A stretch of 63,957 nucleotides of DNA, filler included, from Choristocarpus tenellus KU-1152 (taxonomy: Eukaryota; Protista; Phaeophyceae): NCBI GenBank assembly GCA_964200185.2. It is 11 parts of 11 records of this genome, joined end to end, with 100 filler letters (N's around TTAATTAATTAA, not from the genome) between each part and the next. Parts side by side here need not be neighbours in the genome. Positions count along the whole stretch, not along the records: positions 35,385 to 48,679 come from CAXNAD020001533.1; positions 48,780 to 51,927 come from CAXNAD020021974.1; positions 52,028 to 61,322 come from CAXNAD020003804.1; 8 more parts are not named here. One strand, written 5' to 3'. Positions 40,401-53,714 of this stretch are shown here, one piece after another. Made by a program: the position numbers and the translations under genes. The first letter of the stretch is position 1. Every line of letters begins with the position of its first letter. The notes beneath the pieces are model-generated. The model had not been told where the DNA came from, ran no database searches, and worked only from the letters and a program-made list of their open reading frames with translations.

Positions 40401-40475
40401 AATAACTAAAATAAACCATAAAAGAGAAGTCAGCTGTGTCCGCGGGATCCTCTCGGGATTGGATTGAACCTTCAT
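37452..40475 (-). CDS. SET-domain lysine methyltransferase, Rubisco-LSMT/SETD3-like (exons 40475-40071, 39580-39003, 38580-37452)
   Basis: LEIWLELNGV...GIGLEATRDL; VASIPRRICLS; STFAPWLATLP...LPALW; LVQSRAY; LMPLIDFANHD; QVFTTYGDMDNAKRLFSFGYV. Exons join in frame with canonical splice sites. The hydrophobic N-terminus looks like a signal peptide. Confidence 0.88.
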
Positions 40476-40601
40476 ACCGCCCCCCACCAAGCTATGGCTT
40501 CACTTCTGCTTGTTGCTGCACTCTCCCTAGAAAGCACTTCAGAAACCAAAGGCTTATCCTTGCTTCATGTCACGGCCGTGACAGCACCTGAGTTTGGATG
40601 A

Positions 40602-41508
40602 TCAGCGATATCGGTCACCCCAATCCTTTGTGAAGGTTGTGGCAACTCCAATTATTCGCACAAAAAGGCTGCAGCCCCTACACCCTACGACGTTGAACCC
40701 CTCCCTGAGCTCAGTATCAGTTACCTCGTAGTCTTCACCGCAGCGGCACTCGAAAAAATATGTGGAATAGTCTTCGTCGTGATTCATCTCTTTGATATTC
40801 ACCTGTATTCCATTTGGGTTGGTGCAGAGTGTGAGACCGAGTTGTGGTTCTACCCGAGGAAACCATTACATTGCCAGTATACTGGTGCCTAGCTCTGTTT
40901 CATCACTTTCACAGTCCCTTAACACAAGAACACAATGTAATGGACAATGTATGCCTATGTTTTGTTGTCCTCGACCTACATATATACGATATTTCATCTA
41001 TTATACCAAGGCAGTACACCCAACAGCCAGTAGGGGGAGTGCCAACCTCGTCTGAGATGACCACATCCTTTTCCTGAGCATCTAATCTGTTATCATACTC
41101 TTGGCGAAGATTGGAGTCACGAAGAGTTTCCCATGCGTCCTGGACCTTCCGAAACTTGACACCCGCCTTGTTACAGGTACAACAATGCAAACAGGTGATA
41201 TGGAGTGGTATATTCCAACGAAGGTTGATATGGCACAAAATAATGATATTTTTCTAAGTGTCATCGATAGGGACATACCAGTAGCTTTCAGAGGGAGCAC
41301 AGGAGGTAAAGTAGTAAGATAAATTGATTTTGTTGTTTGGGTATGGTCTGCTACTGAACGAAATTAGTCACACCTCCGTGCGCACACTCTCTGAACTTTT
41401 CACGTGCTTGTCAGGATGATATGTTAAAGCTGCCTGCTGATAAGCCTTCTTGAGATCGGGCAAGGACGACGACCGACTCACACCCAGAACTTCATACTTC
41501 GTGGTCAT
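40602..41508 (-). CDS. DPH4: Diphthamide biosynthesis J-domain / CSL zinc-finger protein (exons 41508-41374, 41166-41047, 40802-40602)
   Basis: MTTKYEVLGV...LKKAYQQAALTYHPDK (J domain HPD motif), FRKVQDAWETLRD..LRQEYD, then ECRCG...VVGCRGCSLFVRI (CSL finger). Confidence 0.93.
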
Positions 41509-41819
41509 GGGGTCTCGTCTAAATGTATATCCCACCATTCTCAAACATATGAACCGCGCGCAATTCCGAGAATAGAAGCGCGCGCAATATTTTGCACATG
41601 TACATGGTGCGTGGCACTTATTTCACCAAAAACAACGTGGTGATCAGGAACAACAACATAGATAACACGTTTTTGGACCGTTCTAGATAGATTATCGTGA
41701 GGCGACCGCTCTCTACCCCCACTAATTCACAATCGGGCTTTACTCTCCTTGTTCCAAGTTTGCCCTGCCCACTAAAAAGGAGCGAGCGTAGTAAACTTTG
41801 CTGAAGGGATAAAATACAC
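41509..41819. promoter_or_regulatory. Probable bidirectional promoter between DPH4 and PGR5
   Basis: Only 311 bp separate the divergent start codons. The interval holds two copies of GCGCGCAAT at about 41556 and 41580. Confidence 0.55.
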
Positions 41820-42581
41820 ATGAGATTGACCTTTGTCACTACTGTAATTGCCTTGGCAATTCTGTCTGTAAGCAATGCCTTCGTGATCACACCCTCACCT
41901 GCTCGAGCTGCGTCAACTGCGATGCGGGCGAGCTCGTTTGCCTGCCGCGTCCCCATTACACAGGCCTCTGGTAACCCTTCACTCAATGTTGTCAGAAGAA
42001 CGAGGTGGGTGCAACCTGGGACAAGCGAAAAATGCCATGTCCTTTTCGGCAGGCTCAGTCACGAGAACCGATCCTGTTAGGGTGTCGATTCGATCCTAAA
42101 CAAATAGTAGAACATTGTGCTGATCTATTTCTGTCTATTCCGTGCTCATGTCCGTTCATGTTTCAGAGTAAGGCGTGGGGACTTGCAAATGGGAAAGATG
42201 GCCAAGTTCGGGTTGTTCTCGCCTGCGGTTATTGCGGCAAAGGTCGCCCTGGGCGAGACAAGACTCAACAAAATCAGGGGAAAGGTAAAAGTACCACTAG
42301 TAACCTCGACTTCACCCAGAAAATTTGACCTCTCAACGTTGGTCAAACTTAATCGCTTCTAATACGGGTACCACCATCACTGTGCCCCTTCATGCCAATT
42401 CCCAATACCCATTATCTATCGGAACAATGACACTTTGTTCTCCGACTCTGAACAGGCGATCGCACTGCACTCGCAAGTGATCACTGAATACTGCAAGTGG
42501 GTAGGTGCTTCTCAGAAGATGCGAGGTCTGCTCATCCGCAAGGCGAAGAAAAACGGAGATACTCTTGGCTTCCTCTGGTGA
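41820..42581 (+). CDS. PGR5: Proton gradient regulation 5 (cyclic electron flow), plastid-targeted (exons 41820-42004, 42167-42284, 42456-42581)
   Basis: Signal peptide ending SNA-FV plus a transit peptide. Mature part: MGKMAKFGLFSPAVIAAKVALGETRLNKIRGK|AIALHSQVITEYCKWVGASQKMRGLLIRKAKKNGDTLGFLW*. Confidence 0.95.
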
Positions 42582-44896
42582 AGCTGGTGCTTTCACCTTA
42601 TGAGGCACGATGTTGCGCTTACTGCGACCGAAGGCACCATTCAGTATTCTAACGAGATATAGTCTGTATATATAGTGGTTTGGTTTGGTGTGTTAGAGAA
42701 GGTCATAAATTTGTCTTCCCATTGTTGGATGTGTTCGTGTCGACCATCTAATATTCATGGCAGTTGAAAGAATAATGATGTGTTGAGACTATTTGCTTTG
42801 ATGTTTGGCTTGGACAAAATGGACTCGCGCAAGAGGTCAATGCTGACGTGCCAAATATGTGTAACAACATTGAAATTTCTTTTAGACAGTGTACGCTTGT
42901 GGTGTATCCAGGAGCAGATGAGAAGTGTCTTGTTCCCTGCATGGTGTCCAAGCTTAAATAATAATAACTCAGCAGTATTCTTTGGAACATCAAAAGTCTA
43001 CCAGCAATTTGTCCCCACCATTATCTAGTAAGATTTGCAAGGTGGCCAGGATGAGCGCTCTCTTTATATTGCTAGATATGCTCAAAACAGTCGCTTACTA
43101 ATGCAGCGGACGTGCTGGGTCTGTTTTAGATTTGTAAACCGACAGAGGACCAAGAGATTACCTGAGCCGGAGATGTTCCTTTGATTGAAGCTTCCACACC
43201 ATAGAGTAAAGATTTCTGAAATTCCTTGGAGTCTTCTGGTTACAACTAACATTGTAAGACTCAGAGATACCCATGTAAGAGAGAACACCTATTACCTAAG
43301 CCCCCCGCCCAACTCATGTCATACTACTTTCATCACTGTGAAGAGTTTCCCCACCTAGCGGACTCAACAAGCAGATGCATTGTAAGAGCCTTTTTATGCC
43401 TCTATACATTACCACCTCTTTCAGTATCCCAGCCATTGAAAACAGAGGATCATGAGATGATAGGGTAAAACTTGGCTTTGTTGTTGTATGAGTTTCAAAG
43501 GAAATTATCCAAAGTGGACACACAATTTATGCCTTGCTACATTTGTTGACAGGGAGATATGTGGCACAGTATTTCAGTTCAATGGGTAGTGATACCCAAG
43601 AAAGATGAGATGGTATTCACGGAGTGGAGGTGGGGGACACCTGGTGGAGTCAAGTGGGTTGTAACTACTTGAACAACACAAAAGCTTGTCAATGCAGGTG
43701 ACAGCAAGCTTTCAAGGAGGGTCAATTACCTCCTAGAACAAGAAAGATGTTGAGAGACGGATGTGTGAGCTCCAGGTATCATATATATAGGTCACAAGAA
43801 TGAGTCAGGAGAGGTTCATACTCAGGTGATGAGATGCCCAAGACAAAAGGGGTCCAGGTCCAGCACGCACTTGAGTCACAAGGTGCGGTAGACTAGATCC
43901 AATAGATACCACAACACAATTGTTCAGATGAAGGAAATGATGAAAGTCAAGCCTGCCAGGCAATTTAATCTTCTAACAAGCCGAAAGGTCCTTGTGGAGT
44001 GAGAGTTGGCATTAAACGGTTTGAACGATCACCAACATTCAAGTCCTGTTGGGATATATGGACCTCGAATATTGGCCTATTTTGTCTAGCCACACAAGAA
44101 CAACCTATGGATCAGCACAAGCAACAAACAGCACATATTTGAATTATTTCCTTGTGGATGAGAATGTCCTCCCCTTTCACAACAGTCCCACTTGGCGGAA
44201 AATACTGGCAGTGTCCTCTGCTTCTCTCCAGTCTTGTGCTTAGAGAGAGGTGGAGGTGGAAGGAGTAAATTTTCTGTTTGTCCATTGGTTGTACCGCTCT
44301 CAAGAGGTATGTTGGATGTATGTGTTTAACTGATCTGTGTATATAAAGTAAACTACATAAGATAAAAAAATAAAATCAACACCTCAGCACATAAAAAAAT
44401 AAAATGTTCAACTTCAATGTGAAATTGCAGCCGATCATAGATCTGCTCTATCCTGGTGCTCTCAAACACGCAGTCATGACATACACACAACGTAGATCAT
44501 GCTGTGGAGTACACAACAAAATATGATGGAAATCGTTCTTGCAGCAGAGTGATTGGTACATAAGGCAAAGGCAGAGTGTTCCTGTCTTAAATGTCATTGG
44601 CAGTTCCGTAGCAGGGCATGCTTGGAGGCTGTATTTTGGTACCATTGCCCATGCACAAAATACATCAAACGCTGTAGGGGAGTAATGTAAAATGACTGTA
44701 GGTGTAGGCAAAAGTACCAAATACGGTCTAACAAACATGATCTCATTATGTCCAGAACTAGAAAACATGACTGTGACCAGGTATCCACCTGTTGCTCAAA
44801 CAACAAAGGCACATTGATTGAAACCACTCATTTCAACTCTTCACGAGTTCATCTGCTCAGTGTGGAAAATGGGACAAGAAGGATCACTCACTCCTA

Positions 44897-45156
44897 GAGT
44901 CACAGTATAGTAGAGGGTGCGAGTTTTGCCCCTGTCTGTCCATTTGGGGCTTGGCATTCGATGGGATTTTTTATGACATTTTCCTACTCCAAAATATGTA
45001 GGAGTAGGTAAAGTGTGTATGTTATGAAAAGGTGCGTCCTCAACATGGATACCAGCACTTCCTAACAAAAACAATAACCAAAATTACATCAAAATCACAA
45101 CATTGGATTTTGGCCCCCAAATGGACGCAGTGCTACCCTCTAAGATACTTTGCCTC
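44897..45156 (+). mobile_element. MITE family A, near full length
   Basis: ccta|gagtcacagtatagtagagggtg ... taccctctaagatactttgcctc|cta. The TSD is imperfect. Confidence 0.85.
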
Positions 45157-46964
45157 CTACACAGTAGTGTGAAGCATTAGGAACAAGGCTTTGACTGCAG
45201 ATATCCTCACATCCTAAAAACGTTTATGCATCCCGATCCAGGTTTGCTACATGGTATAGATCTGACAAAGCAGAAGGTACGGCCAGATATTCTACTGAAA
45301 TAAAGGTACTCGAAAGAGACTTACCTCACAACAAACAAACTCTTCTGTGGGGTTTCCACAAGTATAAAATGAATATTTTATCTGACTGCATATCATACAA
45401 AAAATGCAAATAGCTGTATTTGATGTGGTATAACCCCCACAAAATAAAATATCAGCAACAGGGACTCCAGCTCTTGCCAAGCGCCAATTTTTTTACAAGA
45501 AATCAGAGACTTGCACCGACCAAATACAGGTAGGTTTGATACTTGCCATTGACAGTTTAATCTAAAACCATCATATTGTTTCCTGTTTCTCTTGCAGTTC
45601 TGCTGCTGTACCACTTACCTCTCTATTTCATGCACTTACCTGCAAACACACACACACACACACATGTATATATCGGGCATACACTATTGTACATTGTAAT
45701 GCCCTCTACTACTGTATCAAGAGCAGCATCCAACATACCTACCAGCAAATACCTTGACCACAGTAAGTGTATCTTATTCATAAGAGAGTATTGTCTCACC
45801 CTTCAATCAAAAGACAACCTTTTTTTTATTCAGACACAGGAAGCGCAAGCTATTGCTCTACGGGACCTTTGTGTCCAGGCTCAGTGAATGTGGGTTTCCC
45901 ACCCATCAGCTGAGGCTATCCAGATTAAAATCAGTATCAATTGAAACATTATTGTTGGGTTGTGATAATAAAAAAGAGGAATGATTGTAAACAAGATACA
46001 ACACTACTGTATGCAATAAAAGGCCACAAAACATAATTCCTGACCAGAAGAAGGCACAGCGCAAGGCTAAGCACTAACCAAAACAAAACAAAACATCAGA
46101 AATATGCGCTTGCCTTGAAACCATCCGCCCCTCCAGCAACTGGAAATAAATGAAATGAAGCCCAGAACCTTCCATGGGAGCATCAGCACACATATCAGAC
46201 TGCAACTACCTACACATACCCAATTGTTAATTCATTGCTCACGGCTGAGGCATGAGCAGACACAGACACCAAAATTCCAAGAACATTGCCATCCAAACAA
46301 GCAGTGACGGCAGGACTAACACAGTGCACCATGTTCCGTCTTTTCCATCCCTCCCATCATGACGGACATAAAATATTGTTAACAAAAAGTGTACCCAAAC
46401 ACACACCACTGACTCTCATCTAGGCAAATCCCGATGGTTGTGGACACAACAGAGCACACCAGTCCTACCTAAGAGATGATGTGAAAACACAGTATCTCTT
46501 CTGTTGTGAACATCACATACATTTGGGAGGCGTAAGCAGTGCTAGGTGACCTGGGACACGCACATATATACAACGGTGGGAGCTAAACCCAAAAATTCTG
46601 CTATAAGAATTGCTCAAACTATCATGGTCTAAAACTCATGCACTCTATCAAGGAACAGCCCCATCAATCCTCTCAAATGCACCCAAACTCAGCAGTGGAA
46701 AGAGACATCAACATCACCCCTACCCTTCCTTTTCCCGGGGACAAACCGACAAGTGATGGGCAAGAAAGTCTGCTACGTGATTCACGCTCTCACCTCCTCG
46801 AACAGAACAGAACAAACGGTATGCTGCAGTTGCACCACCATGGGGTTAGCACTAGCATCAATACCAAACAAAATACTAATCCTAAGCAGAAGAAATTGCA
46901 GCATCTCCACCTCCTCACACACACACACACCCCAGTTCACACTATGTAGTATAACCAAATTTCG

Positions 46965-48624
46965 TCAGAAAGGGGACAGGAATTGCTGAGGCGATTTTGA
47001 TATTGACCTGACGGTACTAGACACCTGACTCCCCCCATCCGTTCTTGCCCACGCCGCTGCCCCTCCATGCCCCAACCACGATGAATTATGTATAGAGGGT
47101 CTGTTCACATCTAACTCCCTTCTTCCCCTAGCCCCATTGAAGCCACTCCCATTCGATCCAGACATTTCTTCCAGTCTAACCCTCCCTCTGTCTCCCCCCC
47201 TCTCAGTCGTACCTAGTGAGTTGATCCTATTAGTACTAGCTGATTCCTCCTCCAACCAGTCCCCGTCGTTCTTGTTACAGACTGTAGCACTACCACCACT
47301 CCCACTCTCAGTGCTACCTGAGGCCATCTGGCCGGAACCAAGGCTGCTCATGCTTGGCCAGCTGTGTCCACTACCTCGCCTTTTGGAAGCTGCAAAAAGG
47401 GGGTTAACCACCGCACCCTGCATCACACTGCCAATCGTGCCAGGTCCGTGAGAGCCATCATTATCATCCTCAACCACGTCTGCCTGACTCCCTGGCGATT
47501 GTGAGCTACCTGAAAAAAATCGGTCACGCTGAACACACAGCTGTGCATAGACTGACACACATTAATGGGTTTGGGGGTGGAATGGGTTGGAGTTATGGCA
47601 GAGACAGGAAATCTATAGTAATCATGATATCTATCAATTGAAGGAGTATCTGAAGCAAAAGAAAGGAGTTTCCTGTTCAGTGTGAGCTATTTCAAAATTT
47701 CAGGATATTCACCACATTTTCAAGGATCTTAAGTAAATACGTATGGTCATGGGAGAACTTGAATATCCTGGTTCAAATAAAAGGTAAGTTTCTGGTCAAC
47801 ACAGAATACATACACTTGCATTGCTGTAAGGGTTCAAGAATTCAAAAGAGTTGGACCGCTGTAAAGCACTAGATGTGAAAACAAACAAGTATCCACACAG
47901 CCCTATCAAATTATGCTTGCACCTCTTCCCTGTCCTATGTCCATCCACCATCCTCTGCATGCTCACCATATACAGCAACTACAACAATAATTGCCCCCAC
48001 AACAGCGCTCATTGCAGAGGTGCCATCCTTGGTATCAAAGTTTTGATAGCAGGGTGCATGGTTATCCCCTCCATTAATCCATATGATTTGAACCAACATC
48101 CAGATCAGTCCGAAGGCCAGGACAAGCCCCAGATGCTTTACCTACTCAAGAGGGGGGGGAGCGGGTGATTGGTTTGACCAACAGAGACACCTCGGGATGA
48201 ACGAATGAAAAGAAAGAATGCATGCAAAATTGAAAATACAACTATCATGGTTCACTTGAAAATGTCTTGCATCACCAGAGTCCGCAAACAGTATGGTGTT
48301 CCTCACACGGTGATACAAAAAAGACTGCAGCAACCCAATCTATTTTAGTTGTAAGCAGTCTTGAATTGGCAGAGGATCTGTGGATCACAACCAGACCAGA
48401 GAATACTGTCAATACGAACAACAATGCACCTTGACAGATACGGGTTCGATGATATCTCTGCTTCAAAATTGAATAAGCGATCGAGATTCTCGATGCGATA
48501 GAAGTTGTGACACAAATCTGAAGTATTCACCTGGAAATATGTTCTGTTGATAGCCAGGTCCAAGAGGAGAGCAATCAGAGCCATTGTGCTGAAGATAGCC
48601 CACTTCTCATCCCGAAGACGGTGC
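46965..48624 (-). CDS. 3' end of a hypothetical membrane protein with a Ser/Gly-rich tail (exons 48624-48531, 48324-48276, 47509-46965)
   Basis: In-frame join HRLRDEKWAIFSTMALIALLLDLAINRTYFQ|SFLYHRVRNTILFADS|GSSQSPGSQADV...QFLSPF* with canonical splice sites. Confidence 0.55.
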
Positions 48625-49639
48625 CTTTTAATGAGTTTAGCGCATCATGAAGGGATGAGGCAAGGGCATGAGGGGGGGGNNNNNNNNNNNNNNNNNNNNN
48701 NNNNNNNNNNNNNNNNNNNNNNNTTAATTAATTAANNNNNNNNNNNNNNNNNNNNNNNNNNNNNNNNNNNNNNNNNNNNTATGTCAAGGTCAGAGACCCC
48801 CACCCCCGACCCCTCCAAACCGTCACAGATGTGGTTGTCACCTGGGCATTCGCAGCGGGAATCTCCACCTGTCGTCTGCTTCTGCCTTTGTCCGACCAAC
48901 AATGTGAGTGTGAACATTCCTTTCCAATCCTCTTGAGGGAGTGAGTTGTCATATCCGTACTTGCCCCTACAGGTCCGAAACGCTTACGCATTTTAAGAGC
49001 CTTGTGATGATAATACACTCTCAGTACACATAACCGATGCCTATCACCAGTAGCCTGTGTTAACAGCCCTCACCAAGCAGAGATCTGGCAACTGAAAAAT
49101 GAAAAACATGTGGTGTATCAACTTCCTTACACATCGCCACTGGAAGTGGCTTGATAGTCCCGAACAAAGAGGCTGCTTGATGCAAGTTTCGGATTGAGGA
49201 GTCATTGCAAGTTCTACAGCTAGGAAATCCTCTGCAATTGGTTTAGACGACCTTTGTACGGAAGACCATCTGTGCGTGGTATTTTTTTTCTGTTTACCTG
49301 CTCTCTCATGTTAACCCACCTTTCCCCTCCCTCCCTCTGCCCCATCTGTTTTTCCCCTTTGTCGGAAATGTATTGGGTTGCAAAGGTCATTTGTGGATGT
49401 GGAAAAGGTTAAATCGGTGGCAGAACTAGGCCATCACCGTTTCCGATCTTCTAAGACACAATTATCCATGGCCGGTGAGTCCTCCCTCATTCTCAGACGC
49501 GTTGTGCCAACTCTTGTTCAAGAGTTGTCTGTCTTTAACTTTCCATTGCCAGCAGGTAAGGATAGGCACAGAGATGAGTAGGGGTGGTTGTGAAGGGCTA
49601 TTACCCTGTCCACGTTCACACATATGAAGGCTTGTGTGG

Positions 49640-49672
49640 ACCCTAACCCTAACCCTAACCCTAACTCTAACC
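49640..49672. repeat. Interstitial telomere-type (CCCTAA)n repeat. Similar tracts at 28631-28649 and 51703-51750.
   Basis: ccctaaccctaaccctaaccctaactctaacc. Confidence 0.85.
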
Positions 49673-50567
49673 TGGAGGCAAAGTGCTTTCAAACTTAAAA
49701 GAGGGTAAGGAAGAAGGTTATCAGAGATCAGTTGTCAGTGAGACAATGGAGGGCTGCACTCATTTTTGAGCCATGCATATCGAAACACTTTCTTATCTGC
49801 TGCTCTCTGGGTTTCCCTAATCGCACCATCTCTAGCGCTAGCCCCCCTACCCTGAAAGATCAACTACGAGGTGCTTCATTAGTCAAGGAGTCGTGCGGGC
49901 ACTTTTGTTTTTCTTAGAGTAAAAACAGTTTTTTTCACATGGTCTATTTTATTTGAACAGAGCAAACCCTTCTTAATTCAAAGCAAAGCAAACAATTTTA
50001 CTGAACTTTTGGTATGGTGTATCAAGTGACCCTTTCCTCCTCTTGTCGCCCGATCCTTTTTCGCTAGTGAAGACGATTCCGCTCTTCCCCACCAAATGCG
50101 GTAGAGTTGGAAAGTGCATTGATAAATTGCATAAGAAATTTCTCCCCTTTGCTTCCACTTCAAATGATTTTGTAGGGTTAGGGCTATAGGATTTCGTTTT
50201 TTCGATCCCTTCCCATTCAATGTTCCCATGAGTACCAGGTCTTCCACCACAGTTGTCATGTCAGGACAGGGGATATAAGTAGGGAAAATGCTGCTTCTGG
50301 TTATAAACGAGCTTAGTACTCCAAGCACGATCATTGACACCTAAGGTTGCTCTCATATGGCCTTAGCTCTCTCCCTATGTGTGTGTGTATGTCTGTGATT
50401 GGGTGCAATCCTTTCTTGGGATGATGGGCAACCATGTGTTAATTGCATTTCGCTTGCTCCTCCAGAGTACCCTGGTGCTTGTAGCAATTGGTTGCAGTTT
50501 AAGTTTTTTTTTCAAGTTGTTCTTACCACTGGTATCTGTTCCGAGAGGTCTCCGTGTTTTCACGTTT

Positions 50568-50845
50568 GAGTGAAAGTATCTTATAGGGGTACGAGTTTTG
50601 CCCTGCTTTGTCCATTTGGGGCTTGGCTTCCCACATTTTTTTTTTTTTAAATGACATTTTCCCTACTCCAAAATGTTTCGGAGTAGGTAAAAATGTATAC
50701 ATTATGGAAGAGGTGTGTCCGGAACAAGGATATCGACACTTCCCAACAAAAACACGATAGTCAAAATTACATCGAAATCGCAACATTGGATTTTGGCGTC
50801 CCAAACGGACGCAGCTCTACCCTATATAACCCTAACCCTAAGATG
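50568..50845 (+). mobile_element. MITE family A copy with telomere-like units in its right TIR
   Basis: gagtgaaagtatcttataggggtacgag ... gcagctctaccctatataaccctaaccctaagatg. Confidence 0.8.
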
Positions 50846-53139
50846 TGCTTTTGGTTCTTTCGAGTTTTTTTTTTAATTAAACCTTGCGCATGAAAGAAAC
50901 ATTTTGTACACTGCATTCCCAGGCGTTTGTTTGTGAATGTTTTCGTCCTTTCAATCGTTAGGACACGAGAGAGTGTAAGAAAGTAAAAGTACAACTTCCG
51001 AAGTAAAAAAAATAAATAAATAAAATAATAATTCTGAAATCGATGATTCTCGTCTCGAGACAACGAATGAGTTAAGGAGCTTAAGAGCTAAGGGGTTAAG
51101 GGACTGTACCCATAATGGAACCGATTTAATGATCGGATCGATTATATATTGAATTCCTCCCCGATCCAACTCATCGAGTATTATTTTCTAGGCGTGGAAT
51201 ATACCTGATGGAAGCTCCAAGACTCCAGCCCCGAACCTTTTCCGTGACTTGAAGAGCACGCCTTCCATCCCCCATCGCCCTGATGGATGCGTTCAAAATC
51301 CACTTCTCCCTTGGCATCACACAAAACCAGGGTGTTCAACTAGCGCTTGATTTTTTTTTACCATCCCGGTGAAAAATAAAATAATATATATATATATCAT
51401 CCCGGCTTCCTCCCCTCCGTTTACAAAATCAGGTGGTTATGATTTTGAAAGTCGATACGAGGATTTATTTTATTTTTCTGATTTGTGACGTTATTAGTCC
51501 GGAATCCACGTGCTGTGGACACTAAGTGTGTAGTCCTACTGCAACGCTGACCGAACATGTATGTATATATATATATATATATACATATTATTTTATTTTA
51601 TTTTATTTTTGGTGGACTGGCTCTGTTGGATATGGATAGCGTCGAACTGATATGGTTCCGTCGAAGATAATAACCCGTGTTCCGAGTCTTGATAATGAAA
51701 AAAACCCCAACCCCAACCCCAACCCTAACCCTAACCCTAACCCTAACCCATAGTAAAAAAACAACCCCGACCCTAACCCTTAAATATTTCCGGTGAAACT
51801 AACAGCAGCCGTACGCAATAGTTTCGCTGAACCGACTCTTCACCTTCCCCCTTCGCATATTTTTCCTCCTCCTCCTCCCCCCCCCCCTCCTGTCCTCTGC
51901 ATTGAATAAATAAAAGACCCCCTAACCNNNNNNNNNNNNNNNNNNNNNNNNNNNNNNNNNNNNNNNNNNNNTTAATTAATTAANNNNNNNNNNNNNNNNN
52001 NNNNNNNNNNNNNNNNNNNNNNNNNNNCCCCCCCTCGCACTAGACACCAGAATACGAGCAATCAACATTAGGTTCTGACAAAAATCAAATAATTATCTGA
52101 TTTTTTTTTGTTCATTTACAATGAAGACAATAATAATAAAGAATATACGCAGCCACACACTCAATCTTTTTTTTTTTCTATCTCCCAACGAGAACAAAAA
52201 ACAAAATAAAAATAATGAAATAAATCTAACTACAAATATTTCTTCTTATTATTATTATTCTTAATTTTTTTGGGGGGGAGTCTCACGAACTCCCGAAATC
52301 AAATCGAATTCCGTACAAAAGTCAGAATTTCAGAGATGGGGTTAGGGTGGGGGTTAAGAGTTTGTTTTTCTTAGTGAGCAGCACGGTATGAGCACAAAAT
52401 TTATGGTATCTATCTATCTATATATATATATATACACCTACGTACCAAAAAAAGGCAAAAAATTATATGGATGTATTCAAAATCCATTCCCTGCTAACAA
52501 CAAACCGATGTTATCGTGCATGGAGATCGGGATTAAGACAGGACTCGCACGGAATAGCACACGAGGGCACCGACACTGAGCATATGCTGTGTCAATGAGT
52601 GAAGAAAATCCAGCCGAAATAATTATTATAGGTTCGATGCTGTTGCTTTCCACTATTTTGGGTATTTTTTTTATTGTTTTATTATTACCGGCTCTATTTT
52701 TTTTATGATCACTTGGTACGGTGTACTCGCTAAATAAAAAAATACCCCCCAAAATACCAACACATCCGATACATTTTGCATGCATTATTCTATGTGCTTT
52801 TATTTTATTAAGGTCAACCATCGAGCAATTTTTACTACAAAAAAAAAACCCAACTGATAATATATATTTTGTTAAAAAAAAAAAGATTTACCGTAAGTAA
52901 AAAACATGGAAAAATTAAAAATTAAAATTTACCGCTTACCACTCAATCGTTTGGGATTTGATTTACCTTCACTGGTTCATGTTGTATGCATGCATTATTC
53001 TATCTACGATCAAGGGTGCGGTTTTCGACCATCGGAGGCAAAACATGCACTGGACTGTATATACACATAAACTACACAAAAAAAACTCTAAATGCACATA
53101 AACCACAAAAAACTCTTTATCAATTCTTATTTACCCACA

Positions 53140-53495
53140 CAGTAAACACACATAAATCAAACACTTTAAATTCACGTAATCTACACACAAACTGCATGAC
53201 ACAATATATATACATATATATATATGTATGTATATGCTCTGCATGCACATAGGCTATCTACTGGCACAGTAAACACACGTAAATCAAATACTTTAAATGC
53301 ACATAGGCTATCTACTGGCACAGTAAACACACATAAATCAAACACTTTAAATGCACATAATCTAAACACACATAAATCAAACACTTTAAATGCACATAAT
53401 CTAAACACACATAAATCAAACACTTTAAATGCACATAATCTAAACACACATAAATCAAATACTTTAAATGCACATAGGCTATCTACTCGCACAGT
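53140..53495. repeat. Minisatellite of 39-bp and 51-bp units
   Basis: A core aaacacacataaatcaaacactttaaatgcacata is followed by either atct (39 bp) or ggctatctactggcacagt (51 bp); about 6-7 units. Confidence 0.9.
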
Positions 53496-53714
53496 GAATC
53501 AACGCACCACACACACACAAATAAAATACATGTACATACTCCGTATACACAAAATCAAAATCTCTATATAAACACAAAAAAAAACAAAAACACACACACA
53601 CACACACACACACGAAAAAAAAAAAGCATGCTCTAAACGCACACAAATTACATAAATTATGCACACACAACCTAAATCCACAACAACAACAACAATAACA
53701 ACAGAGCGAAGGCA

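Noticed and set aside
48780-51340. Several exon-like segments on both strands
   Set aside because: They could not be joined into a consistent gene model or assigned to a family.
51703-51927. CCCTAA tract near a contig end as a true telomere
   Set aside because: It is short, mixed with CCCCAA and followed by non-telomeric sequence; similar tracts occur internally.
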